Source: a virus (Duplodnaviria > Caudoviricetes). Taken from it: a DNA stretch of 37,081 bases. Under the pieces are notes generated by a model that had not been told where the DNA came from, did not search any database, and worked only from the letters and a program-made list of their open reading frames with translations. The stretch covers positions 1 to 37,081 of IMG/VR virus record IMGVR_UViG_3300025639_000008. The stretch is one strand, 5' to 3'. Both the position numbers and the translations under genes were made by a program. Shown in pieces: positions 8,147 to 17,009 of this stretch (within the stretch, counting starts at the first letter, position 1; every line of letters starts with the position of its first letter).

Positions 8147-8879
8147 ATGAATGTACTCGACCTGTTCTCAGGTATCGGGGGGGTTTTCCCTTGGTCTTGA
8201 GAAAGTTGGAATGAAGACTGTAGCGTTCTGTGAGATTGATTCTAATGCTCAGAAGGTGCTTGAAAAACACTGGCCTAATGTCCCTATATTTAATGATGTA
8301 AGGACTTTGACAAAGGCCAGCCTACCTAATGATGAAATTGATGTTATCTGTGGTGGTTTTCCTTGCCAAGACGTTTCAGTTGCTAGCCCTACTAAGGAAG
8401 GCTTAGAGGGTAAGAGATCAGGACTGTGGTCAGAATACCTAAGACTAATCAAGGAGATAGAACCGTCTTATGCAATTATTGAAAATGTCGCAAACCTCAG
8501 ATCTAAAGGACTTACCAGAGTTCTCAAAGATCTCTGGGAGATCGGGTATGACGCAGAATGGCACATTATACCAGCTTCCAGCGTTGGTCTCCCGCACACA
8601 AGGGAACGCATCTGGATTATTACCTACCCCCACCATGCGGGATTACAAGGATGTCTCCTCAAAAGGAGCGAGTCCTTCTGCATCCAACCGGAAAAGCCCT
8701 TGTTTAGTGGTGGTTGGTTATCTGAATGGCTTAACACCTGGATACGAAGCCGAATTGTACCGAGAGGTAATGGGATACCCCGAAGGCTGGCATGTCACGC
8801 AGTAAGTCAATATGGCAATGCCGTAGTACCTCAAATCCCTGAACTAATTGGCAGGGCAATCCTATCCCATAAACCTTAA
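8147..8879 (+). pseudogene. C5-cytosine DNA methyltransferase (large chain), frameshifted by one extra G in a G7 tract
   Basis: ATG 8147 after AAGGA reads MNVLDLFSGIGG (motif I), then goes out of frame at G7 (8177-8183). With G6 it continues FSLGLE...GGFPCQD (IV), ENV (VI), RERIW (VIII) and GNAVVP (X). May be a sequencing error or an OFF allele. Confidence 0.8.
8470..8805 (+). CDS. Overlapping alternative-frame ORF: putative methyltransferase small (beta) chain carrying motif IX
   Basis: 111 aa fully nested in the MTase. It contains LLPTP and REVMGYPEGW (motif IX-like), and the main frame has no clear motif IX. AAGGAG at 8451-8456. Confidence 0.65.
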   Translation: MQLLKMSQTSDLKDLPEFSKISGRSGMTQNGTLYQLPALVSRTQGNASGLLPTPTMRDYKDVSSKGASPSASNRKSPCLVVVGYLNGLTPGYEAELYREVMGYPEGWHVTQ

Positions 8880-8910
8880 ACCACAATCACTCCAGCGAGA
8901 GGATGCAACA

Positions 8911-10617
8911 ATGAAACTACTCTTTGATATTGAAACCGATGGGTTATTAGATACCCTGACAAAAGTACACTGCATAGCCCTGATGGATGTTGATACGAGG
9001 GTCATATTGACCTTTGACCCCACATCTATTGAGCAGGGTCTTAAAGCACTCATGAAGGCCGATGAACTCATAGGTCACAACATCATGGGCTTTGACATTC
9101 CTGCGTTGCTCAAAGTGTACCCTGACTTCAAACCCCCTAAGAAAATCACAGACACTTTAGTTCTCTCTAGGCTCATATGGCCTAACTTGAGAGAGCTGGA
9201 TTTCAAGAAGGAAAAGATACCCCGCAAGTCCTTTGGCTCTCACAGCCTAGAAGCGTGGGGCTACCGCCTTAAGTGTCATAAGGGTGACTTTGGTCAGGAC
9301 ACAGATTGGGCAGAGTTCACCCCTGAGATGCTTGAGTATTGCAAGCAGGATGTATGGGTGAACAAGACCCTTCTGGATACTATCAATAAAAAGGAGTTTA
9401 GCCATGACGCAATCCGACTTGAACACGACATCCACCGAATCTGCCTGGAGCAAGAACGCTTGGGTTTCCCGTTTGAAGAACAAAAAGCAGCAGCTCTTTA
9501 CTCACGACTTTCAGCAAGACGCGAGGAGCTTAAGACACAGCTTCAAGAACAGTTTGAACCGAATGTTATCCAGCTTAAAACGAAAACAAAAGTAATCCCT
9601 TTTAACCCTGCAAGCCGTCAACAGATTGCCGACAGGTTGATGAAAAGGGGGTGGAAGCCTGAGGAGGAGACCGACTCTGGTCAACCTAAAGTAGATGAGT
9701 CAGTTCTAGCTAAGATTGACCTGCCTGAAGCCAAACTGCTCTTAGAGTTTCTGATGCTTAACAAACGCATTGGACAACTAGCAGAAGGTGCTAATGCTTG
9801 GTTAAAGCTGAGTAAGCAGGGTCGGATACATGGACGGGTAACAACGATGGGAGCAGTGACTTCCAGAGCTACTCACCAGCGTCCTAATTTAGCCCAAGTG
9901 CCTAGTCTACGTGCAGCCTACGGTAAAGAATGCCGTGAGTTATTTCATGCACCTATAGGCTGGGAAATTATGGGTTCCGACATGTCAGGTATTGAACTGA
10001 GATGCCTTGCTCATTTCATGGCGAGGTTTGATAAAGGTAAGTATGCAGACATCATCCTTAATGGTGATATTCACACAGCTAATCAACATGCAGCGGGTCT
10101 CAAAACTAGAGATCAATCGAAGGTTTTCGTGTACTCGCTGATTTATGGGGCAGGTCCAGCCAAGATTGGCAGCATTATAGGCCAAGGTATTCGTGGCGGC
10201 TCGGCCCTCAAGAAGAGATTTCTTAGCAACCTCCCAGCCCTTGCCAATCTTCAAGAAGCTGTACAGGACAGAGCTAAAACTGGTTCTTTGGTTGGGCTTG
10301 ATAAGCGAATCATCCCTGTCCGATCCCCACACTCAGCCCTCAATACCCTTCTGCAATGTGCTGGCGCATTACTCGCCAAGCAGTGGGTAGTTGAGTTTCA
10401 TAATGTAGCAAAGGAGCAGGGCTTCAACCATGGTAAAGATTATCAGCAGGTCGCTTGGGTTCACGATGAAATTCAAGTCTTGGTGCCTAAGGGCAAAGGA
10501 GATATTTTTGGAAAAATTAGTCAAGAAGCAATTGAACGGGCAGGGAAGCACTTTAAGTTCAGAATCAAGCTCGACACAGAGTACAACATTGGAAGCACAT
10601 GGGCCGAGACCCACTAA
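8911..10617 (+). CDS. DNA polymerase, family A (T7 gp5-like)
   Basis: Exonuclease motifs FDIETD, HNIMGFD and YCKQD; polymerase motifs DMSGIELR, RDQSKVFVYSLIYG and VHDE. Start ATG 8911 follows GAGAGGA. Confidence 0.97.
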   Translation: MKLLFDIETDGLLDTLTKVHCIALMDVDTRVILTFDPTSIEQGLKALMKADELIGHNIMGFDIPALLKVYPDFKPPKKITDTLVLSRLIWPNLRELDFKKEKIPRKSFGSHSLEAWGYRLKCHKGDFGQDTDWAEFTPEMLEYCKQDVWVNKTLLDTINKKEFSHDAIRLEHDIHRICLEQERLGFPFEEQKAAALYSRLSARREELKTQLQEQFEPNVIQLKTKTKVIPFNPASRQQIADRLMKRGWKPEEETDSGQPKVDESVLAKIDLPEAKLLLEFLMLNKRIGQLAEGANAWLKLSKQGRIHGRVTTMGAVTSRATHQRPNLAQVPSLRAAYGKECRELFHAPIGWEIMGSDMSGIELRCLAHFMARFDKGKYADIILNGDIHTANQHAAGLKTRDQSKVFVYSLIYGAGPAKIGSIIGQGIRGGSALKKRFLSNLPALANLQEAVQDRAKTGSLVGLDKRIIPVRSPHSALNTLLQCAGALLAKQWVVEFHNVAKEQGFNHGKDYQQVAWVHDEIQVLVPKGKGDIFGKISQEAIERAGKHFKFRIKLDTEYNIGSTWAETH

Positions 10618-11143
10618 CCTCAATGTCACTTTTGAAGATGGAGAATGGTGGTATGTAGGGCAAGCAGACGGAGGTCGAAGGCGTGTTACCGGACACAACC
10701 TTAAGAACACTTCAAGAATGTTCGTGAACGGTAAGTACGTCCCTAAGTCACACCCACTACATAAACCAGGTCGTTATAAATCCTTTGATGATGCTGCCTT
10801 CTCAGCTCTCAAGGGGTACAGCAAGACTCCCAAGGGTCACGTTTACCTGATCGTAAACAAGGCTTGGAACGGGTGGGTTAAGGTAGGTAAAGCCATTGAT
10901 GCTAGTGACCGCCTTAACTCATATCAGACTTCCTCACCTCACCGCGATTACCATCTCGTTCATTACATAGAAGTAGATGATCGGGCCAGTAAAGAGCGAC
11001 AGGCTCACAACCTAATCCAAAAGAATGCAGTAGAACGTCTTGGGGAATGGTTCCGTATCCCCCTGGGCTTTGCAGTACAACTTCTCAATTCACTAGCTGG
11101 AGATCAACAGAATGCCGCGTCATCACCGGAAGGAACGCAGTAA
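10589..11143 (+). CDS. T5orf172 / GIY-YIG-superfamily putative nuclease
   Basis: GHVYLI...WVKVGKA...RLNSYQTSSP...E..AH...GEWF. Start uncertain; an in-frame TTG at 10589 overlaps the end of the polymerase gene. Confidence 0.75.
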   Translation: MEAHGPRPTNLNVTFEDGEWWYVGQADGGRRRVTGHNLKNTSRMFVNGKYVPKSHPLHKPGRYKSFDDAAFSALKGYSKTPKGHVYLIVNKAWNGWVKVGKAIDASDRLNSYQTSSPHRDYHLVHYIEVDDRASKERQAHNLIQKNAVERLGEWFRIPLGFAVQLLNSLAGDQQNAASSPEGTQ

Positions 11144-11822
11144 AAACAACAAAGATAAGTTCACTGAAGAACGCCTCCCCCAGCCACTTCTACCTAAAAA
11201 CGATAAGCAAGCCGACTATATAGCAGCCATTATGACTCGCCAACAAACAGTCAGTATGGGATGTGCTGGTACAGGTAAGACTTACATAGCGGGTAGCATA
11301 GCTGCTGATCTACTACGCCTCAACAAGATTGAAAAGATTGTCCTGACCCGTCCTAACGTTGGCGCAGGTAAGTCCTTAGGCTTCTTCAAGGGTTCACTGG
11401 CAGAGAAGATTGAGCCGTGGATCGCACCTTTTACAGAGGTCATAAAGTCTCGCCTAGGGGCATCAGCTTATGAGATCTACATGAAACGGGGTCAGATTGA
11501 AATTGTCCCCTTTGAGGTAATGAGGGGCAGAACATTTAATGATGCCTTTGTGATCCTTGATGAAGCCCAGAACACCACCCCAGAAGAGATCAAGATGTTT
11601 CTCACACGTATAGGCCAAGATACCAAGGTGGTTATCAACGGTGACATCAGTCAATCAGACCTACGTGGTAAGACCTCAGGACTGAAGAAAGTAGTTGAAC
11701 TAGCCCAACGCTTTAACCTACCTATTCCTGTCATTGAGTTCACAGAGAATGACATTGTACGTTCCGACATCTGCGCCATGTGGATTAAGGCATTCAACCG
11801 CGACACAAAAGGAGTGACCTAG
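11112..11822 (+). CDS. phoH: PhoH-family ATPase
   Basis: GCAGTGKT, LTRP, LGFFKG, MRGRTF, ILDEAQN, GDISQSD and DIVRS. Confidence 0.95.
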   Translation: MPRHHRKERSKNNKDKFTEERLPQPLLPKNDKQADYIAAIMTRQQTVSMGCAGTGKTYIAGSIAADLLRLNKIEKIVLTRPNVGAGKSLGFFKGSLAEKIEPWIAPFTEVIKSRLGASAYEIYMKRGQIEIVPFEVMRGRTFNDAFVILDEAQNTTPEEIKMFLTRIGQDTKVVINGDISQSDLRGKTSGLKKVVELAQRFNLPIPVIEFTENDIVRSDICAMWIKAFNRDTKGVT

Positions 11823-11823
11823 T

Positions 11824-12084
11824 ATGGAAACAGGTGATATTCAACTAATCATTACACTCGACAGTAAATGCGAAAAGATGAAATACCGTAGTTACCAGGT
11901 AGACGGAGGTAAACCAACAGACGACCAATCAGTCTTTGGCGCTGTCTTTTATGCAGCTCTTAGTCACGTTGTTAGTGATGAGGAAGTCTTTGATTTCTAT
12001 CTTAAATTAGCCAATGAAATAAACAAAAAGGCATCACAAGGAAAGACAGAGAAGTCTAAGCCACATCTAAAGGTGGTGCACTGA
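11824..12084 (+). CDS. Hypothetical protein
   Basis: AGGAG RBS; tightly packed with neighbours; ends PHLKVVH. Confidence 0.7.
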   Translation: METGDIQLIITLDSKCEKMKYRSYQVDGGKPTDDQSVFGAVFYAALSHVVSDEEVFDFYLKLANEINKKASQGKTEKSKPHLKVVH

Positions 12085-12085
12085 C

Positions 12086-12280
12086 ATGACCTTCTTTGAA
12101 ACCGTGATGCTTGCCCTAATAACCTTAGGTTTTCTTGCGGTCAGTCTAGGGCTTGCTGCCAATTTTATATCACAAGCCTATGTCAATTACATAGCTACGA
12201 TGGTGCAACTGGAGGATTTAATTGAAGACGCAAAAAAACAGCAACGTGCGGCAGAAGAAGAGGAAGACTCTTCTGATTGA
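12086..12280 (+). CDS. Small putative membrane protein
   Basis: Hydrophobic N-terminal helix (VMLALITLGFLAVSLGLAA) and an acidic tail. Confidence 0.6.
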   Translation: MTFFETVMLALITLGFLAVSLGLAANFISQAYVNYIATMVQLEDLIEDAKKQQRAAEEEEDSSD

Positions 12281-13004
12281 TGGAGACATCATTGCATATA
12301 AAGCCGCCGTAACGCGGGAGCAGGGCATCAACTGGGGGGAGGGTCTTTGGACTCTCCACTGTTTTGAAGATGATGTTTACGCTGCCATCCACCAACAGAT
12401 CGAAACACTAATTACAGCCACAGGCCTTACGGACATTGTAGTTGCTATAAGCGACAGCGAGAACTTCCGTAAAGACCTGAACCCCCTCTACAAGTCTAAC
12501 CGTAAAGACACACGCAAACCTATGTGTCTGTCCCAAGCCCTTCAGTTTATGAAGGATGAGTATCCACACGTTGTCTTACCTACCCTTGAAGCAGATGACG
12601 TTATAGGAATCCTGGCTACGGAAGAACCAGAGAAGTACGTGATAGTTAGTGCCGATAAGGACATGAAGACAATACCTGATGCCTACATATGGGAGAACGG
12701 GGAAGTTGTACATATTACCAAGGATGAGGCCTATGAAAACTTCATATGCCAAGCACTTAAGGGTGATCCAACGGATGGTTATTACGGTGTCCGAGGCGTA
12801 GGTGAAGTCTCAGCCCGAAGAGTCATTGAGCATTTTAGGGGCACCCCTGAGTCCCTGTGGACAGGCGTATTGAAGACCTACAAATGGCATGAAGAAGACG
12901 CCATTCTAAATGCACGTATGGCACGAATCCTTACTAATGACCTGTGGGACGGTGAAAAACCGATCCTGTGGGAACCACCTATAGATGCAAAGGAGATTAC
13001 CTAA
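12222..13004 (+). CDS. 5'-3' exonuclease (T7 gp6-like)
   Basis: LLIDGD, NFRK...YKSNR, LEADDVIG, SADKDM and GDPTDGYYGVRGVG. TTG start follows GGAGG. Confidence 0.93.
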   Translation: MKTQKNSNVRQKKRKTLLIDGDIIAYKAAVTREQGINWGEGLWTLHCFEDDVYAAIHQQIETLITATGLTDIVVAISDSENFRKDLNPLYKSNRKDTRKPMCLSQALQFMKDEYPHVVLPTLEADDVIGILATEEPEKYVIVSADKDMKTIPDAYIWENGEVVHITKDEAYENFICQALKGDPTDGYYGVRGVGEVSARRVIEHFRGTPESLWTGVLKTYKWHEEDAILNARMARILTNDLWDGEKPILWEPPIDAKEIT

Positions 13005-13005
13005 T

Positions 13006-13272
13006 ATGGAAGACAAGATAGAACCTACTTTGAATAATGTAGTGGATCTGATCAAGCAACCACCTCACTACACCAGTGGGGGGATTGAACCTATTGACTA
13101 CATTGTCCGAAACGACCTCGACTTCCTTGAGGGAAATGTCATCAAGTATGTGACACGTTATCCCTTCAAAGGTACTCCTGTAGCTGACTTACACAAGGCG
13201 AGATTCTACCTCGACCTACTAATCCAACGAACGGAGCTTAACCACAAAGATGAGCGAGAACCAAATACTTAA
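13006..13272 (+). CDS. DUF3310 / T7 gp1.7-like putative nucleotide kinase
   Basis: PPHY...IEPID...FLEGNVIKYVTRY..KG....DLHKARFYL. ATG 13006 follows AGGAG. Confidence 0.8.
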   Translation: MEDKIEPTLNNVVDLIKQPPHYTSGGIEPIDYIVRNDLDFLEGNVIKYVTRYPFKGTPVADLHKARFYLDLLIQRTELNHKDEREPNT

Positions 13273-13516
13273 ATTTTACACACCTACCTGCCAACCCTGC
13301 AAAACCTACGCCCCCCTAGTTAAAGACCTTTGCGACATCAAAGAAATAGACCTTCGTAATATCAATGCTGAAGAAGAACCTGAACTTGCTGCCCGTTATC
13401 GTATTCGCTCAGTCCCTACGCTGGTGGCTGTGGATTCAGAAGGTAGCAACTTAGGCTTCTTAGGGGGAGTTAAAGGCCGTAGAGAACTAACCCAATGGAT
13501 GGATAAATATCTATGA
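13250..13516 (+). CDS. Thioredoxin-like protein
   Basis: CQPC redox motif and IRSVPT cis-Pro loop; overlaps the RNR start. Confidence 0.88.
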   Translation: MSENQILKFYTPTCQPCKTYAPLVKDLCDIKEIDLRNINAEEEPELAARYRIRSVPTLVAVDSEGSNLGFLGGVKGRRELTQWMDKYL

Positions 13517-14443
13517 CCACATCAAATCAAACACTCTCTGACATCACTGTCTTCTCAAAGTACGCTAAGTACGATCCCCAACTACAGCGTAGGGAAACAT
13601 GGAAAGAGCTAGTTAATCGTAACAAGGAAATGCACCAGCGTAGGTTCCCTAAACTCAAGGCAGAGATTGAAGGGGCTTACCGCTTGGTACATGAAAAGCG
13701 TGTACTACCTTCAATGAGAAGTCTCCAGTTCGGTGGGATGCCTATTGAACTGGCACCTAATCGCATCTTCAACTGTGCCTTTATGCCTTGTGATTCTACT
13801 GAGTCCTTCAGTGAAGCTATGTTCCTTCTACTAGGAGGTACAGGCGTAGGTTACAGCGTTCAACGTCACCATGTTGAAAAGTTACCTGATGTAGTAGGGG
13901 TCAAGAAACGTAAAAGACGCTTCCTAATATCGGACAACATTGAAGGCTGGGCAGATGCGGTTAAGGTCTTAATGGAGGCCTACTTTAGAGGTCTCATGGA
14001 TGTTGAGTTTGACTACCGAGACATACGTGTCAAGGGTGCCAAACTAATCACTAGCGGTGGTAAAGCACCTGGCCCACAACCACTCAAGGACTGTATACAT
14101 AACCTCCGTAAGGTTCTTGATGGAGCTATAGGACGTAAGATAACCACCCTTGAGGCCCACGACCTCATGTGCTATATCGCTGACGCTGTTCTTGCGGGTG
14201 GTATTAGACGCGCAGCCCTTATCAGTCTCTTCTCTATGGATGATGAAGATATGTTGGCCTGTAAAGCAGGGAAGTGGTATGAGGAAAACCCACAGCGAGG
14301 CCGAGCTAATAACAGTGCAGTTATCCTACGCCACAAGGTCACTAAACAAGACTTTGATGAGCTTTGGGAACGTGTAGAGTTATCAGGTTCAGGAGAGCCT
14401 GGGGTTTACTTTAGTAATGATAAAGATTGGGGAACAAATCCGT
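13513..14443 (+). CDS. nrdJ: Class II (adenosylcobalamin-dependent) ribonucleotide reductase, exon 1
   Basis: SKYA, RRETW, LPSMR, FNCAF, GGTGVG, GGIRRAALI and GEPG...GTNP. The exon ends at the first base of the Cys codon. Confidence 0.92.
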
Positions 14444-14712
14444 CAATGGCGGCTTAATGGAGTAATCCATTCCGAAGAATTACGTTAATTCAGGGAACAT
14501 CTCTACGAGACAATCCTGAGCGAAGCCTTATGTCGTAAGACATTCGGAACGTGCAACGACTATCCCGCAAGGGAGTAGGGTATAAGCTAATGATACCCGA
14601 AAAGCGTAACATCCTGAAAAAGCGGATGATGATATAGTCTGGACTATGCGGTGACGTATAGAAGTTCATAAGAGAACTGGTGAGAGCTTTGCGACTCTCA
14701 TTGAACACAACG
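14444..14712 (+). ncRNA. Self-splicing group I intron (IA2-like), 269 nt, no ORF
   Basis: 5' exon ends in U and the intron ends in G. P1 CCGU/GCGG has the U.G pair; P10 CAAU/GUUG. Core elements P AATTCAGGGAAC (14487-14498), Q AATCCTGAGC (14512-14521), R GTGCAACGACTA (14551-14562), S ATGATATAGTCT (14629-14640). P7.1 and P7.2 hairpins present. Removal restores NPCCEI in frame. Confidence 0.93.
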
Positions 14713-15632
14713 GTTGTGAAATAGCACTACGCCCCTACCAATTCTGTAATCTTACAGAGATCAACGCTTCTGACATCTCTAGTCAGCAAGACCTCAACGC
14801 TCGCGCTAAAGCCGCAGCCCTCATTGGGACTCTTCAGGCCTCCTATACAGACTTCCACTACTTACGGGAGATATGGCGAGAGACCACAGAAAAAGATGCC
14901 CTCTTGGGTGTAGGCATGACAGGCATAGGTTCTGGGGAGATATTAAAATATGATCTGGAAGAAGCAGCCTCAGTCGTTAAAGAAGAAAATAATAGAGTTT
15001 CTAATATCCTTGGCATTAATCCTGCTGCTCGTACAAACACTGTTAAGCCCTCTGGTACGTCCAGTTGTGTTCTGGGTTCTTCTAGCGGCATCCATGCTTG
15101 GCATAATGACTATTATATTCGCCGTATTCGTTTAGGTAAAAATGAAGCCCTATACGGATACCTGAATGAGTACCACCCAGAACTGGTGGAAGATGAATAC
15201 TTCCGTCCTTCAGAAATGGCTGTCATTGAGATTCCTCAAAAGGCTCCTGACACCTCAATCCTCCGCACCGAATCCCCTACATCACTCCTAGAGCGTGTCC
15301 GTAAGTTCAACATTGAATGGGTTAGAGCTGGTCATCTAAAAGGCCAGAACGCCCATAACGTGAGCTGCACGATCAGCGTTAAGGATGATGAGTGGGAACT
15401 GGTAGGGGAGTGGATGTGGAAGAACCGTAATAACTTCAATGGTATTTCAGTTCTCCCTTATGACGGAGGTACTTATGTACAAGCTCCTTTTGAGGACATC
15501 ACTAAAGAACGTTATGAAATGTTGGAGAAATCCTTAAGCAATATAGATCTAACATTGGTTGAAGAGACTGATGATATGACTGACTTAGCTGGTGAACTTG
15601 CCTGTGCAGGAGGTGCATGTGAAGTTGTATAA
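14713..15632 (+). CDS. nrdJ: Class II ribonucleotide reductase, exon 2 (spliced product 616 aa)
   Basis: CEIALRPYQFCNLTE, LGVGMTG, TVKPSGT, HNVSCT, ISVLP and C-terminal CAGGAC redox pair. Same frame as ORF 14904..15632. Confidence 0.92.
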
Positions 15633-15759
15633 AAAAATCAAGCACATCTTTCTGAAGTGGTATATCCGATATTCAATTTATTCAATGAACCGTCAAATCT
15701 CTAAGGTAGAACAGGCGCTTATACAGGAGCTGAAAGAACGTGGTGACATCAATAAGTGA
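15619..15759 (+). CDS. Small basic hypothetical protein (46 aa; not in the ORF track)
   Basis: AGGAGGT then GTG; MKLYKKIKHIFLKWYIRYS...; bridges nrdJ and the next ORF. Confidence 0.45.
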   Translation: MKLYKKIKHIFLKWYIRYSIYSMNRQISKVEQALIQELKERGDINK

Positions 15760-15931
15760 AGCAACGGGACTGCCCATTCGCACAAAAGCAAAGACTGATA
15801 AGTATGACGCAGGTTGGGAGGCATTATTCAATAAACCCCCTGTACCTTTAGGTGAAGACACTCGCCCCAAGGACGCAATCAAACGGGGTCTTTCTCGGAA
15901 CTGTGTTGAAGAGGATTGGGACTGCCGTTGA
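15740..15931 (+). CDS. Hypothetical protein
   Basis: AGGAG RBS and GTG start; the stop overlaps the next ATG. Confidence 0.6.
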   Translation: MVTSISEATGLPIRTKAKTDKYDAGWEALFNKPPVPLGEDTRPKDAIKRGLSRNCVEEDWDCR

Positions 15932-16032
15932 TGTTCATTACCCACTTTGAAGAAATTATGAGTGGCTTCGGCTGCTCTTTCAACACTGCCGTTCAGTTAG
16001 CACAACGCGGTACAGTATGGGAGGATTTATAG
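15931..16032 (+). CDS. Small hypothetical protein (33 aa; not in the ORF track)
   Basis: TGATG coupling; MFITHFEEIMSGFGCSFNTAVQLAQRGTVWEDL. Confidence 0.45.
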   Translation: MFITHFEEIMSGFGCSFNTAVQLAQRGTVWEDL

Positions 16033-16113
16033 TGAACTATAGAGACATTGGTTTCGATGACGGATACCCGCCAGAGTGGGATTTACCAGATGAGGAAGAG
16101 GAGGAGGATACAG

Positions 16114-16341
16114 ATGAATTATATAGAAGATTTAAAGAATGTATTCACAGATGAGTATTTGGATGGGTTATTAATAACTAGACTAATGGAGCAATACCAC
16201 AATGTCATTGGAGTGAGTAGTACACGCCCAGAAGATACTGCTTACGATAAGGTGTTATTAGATGCTATGAACATAGTGATAAAGCATAACCTAACCAACC
16301 CTGAATTCAGAGAATGGCTGGAGGATACTGATGAAAGCTGA
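16114..16341 (+). CDS. Hypothetical protein
   Basis: Strong GGAGG before ATG 16114; overlaps the thyX start. Confidence 0.6.
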   Translation: MNYIEDLKNVFTDEYLDGLLITRLMEQYHNVIGVSSTRPEDTAYDKVLLDAMNIVIKHNLTNPEFREWLEDTDES

Positions 16342-16984
16342 GTATGTGGACCACATGGGGTCTGACCTAACTGTAGTGAATGCAGCTAGGGTATCCTTTG
16401 ATAAGGAAAGTGCAGAGGTTAGTTACAGTGACCAAAAGCTAATCAATTACCTAGCTAAACACGGTCACTGGACACCATTCAGTCACCCACAGATAACCAT
16501 GCGCTACACAGTACCAATATTTGTTGCTCGTCAGGAGTTCAAGCACATCGTAGGCTTCACTCGTAATGAGGTGAGCCGTAGGTATGTTGATGATACCCCT
16601 GAGTTCTATATGCCAGAGGTGTGGCGTAGTAGGCCTGAGGGCAGTGTGAAGCAGGGTAGTGGTTCAGGTGAAGTGGTTCACATGGGCAGTGATTACAAGT
16701 CGGAAGGTACTGTAGCCAGTAACTATAAGGACTTAATCAACACCTGTAAATACTTCTATGAAGATATGCTCAGGTATGGTGTAGCACCTGAACAAGCACG
16801 TATGGTCTTACCACAGTCTATGTACACCTCGTACTACGTTACTGGTTCTCTGGCTGCCTTTGCTCGGATGGTCAAGCAACGCACTGATGCTCACGCTCAA
16901 GTAGAGATTCAGGAGCTAGCTAAGATTGTGGATAAATTAATTAGACCCCTCTTCCCTGTGAGTTGGTCAACACTTACTGAATAA
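16331..16984 (+). CDS. thyX: Flavin-dependent thymidylate synthase
   Basis: VNAARVSF, GHWTPF, PIFVARQ, NEVSRRY, EQARMVLP and HAQVEI. Confidence 0.93.
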   Translation: MKAEYVDHMGSDLTVVNAARVSFDKESAEVSYSDQKLINYLAKHGHWTPFSHPQITMRYTVPIFVARQEFKHIVGFTRNEVSRRYVDDTPEFYMPEVWRSRPEGSVKQGSGSGEVVHMGSDYKSEGTVASNYKDLINTCKYFYEDMLRYGVAPEQARMVLPQSMYTSYYVTGSLAAFARMVKQRTDAHAQVEIQELAKIVDKLIRPLFPVSWSTLTE

Positions 16985-17000
16985 AGCGTACCCACTAGGT
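16980..17000 (+). promoter_or_regulatory. Putative phage-RNAP promoter, copy 3 (start of the virion module)
   Basis: AATAAAGCGTACCCACTAGGT shares the CGTACCCA core (16987-16994) and the downstream AG; it sits at the boundary between replication and structural genes. Confidence 0.55.
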
Positions 17001-17009
17001 ATTCGTTTA

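Noticed and set aside
10430-10588. Long N-terminal extension of ORF 10430..11143
   Set aside because: Overlaps polymerase motif C in another frame and reads like shadow sequence; a later start is more plausible.
14444-14712. nrdJ break as a pseudogene, intein or two-gene split
   Set aside because: The insert is not a multiple of 3, contains stops, has a full group I core, and its precise removal restores the active site.
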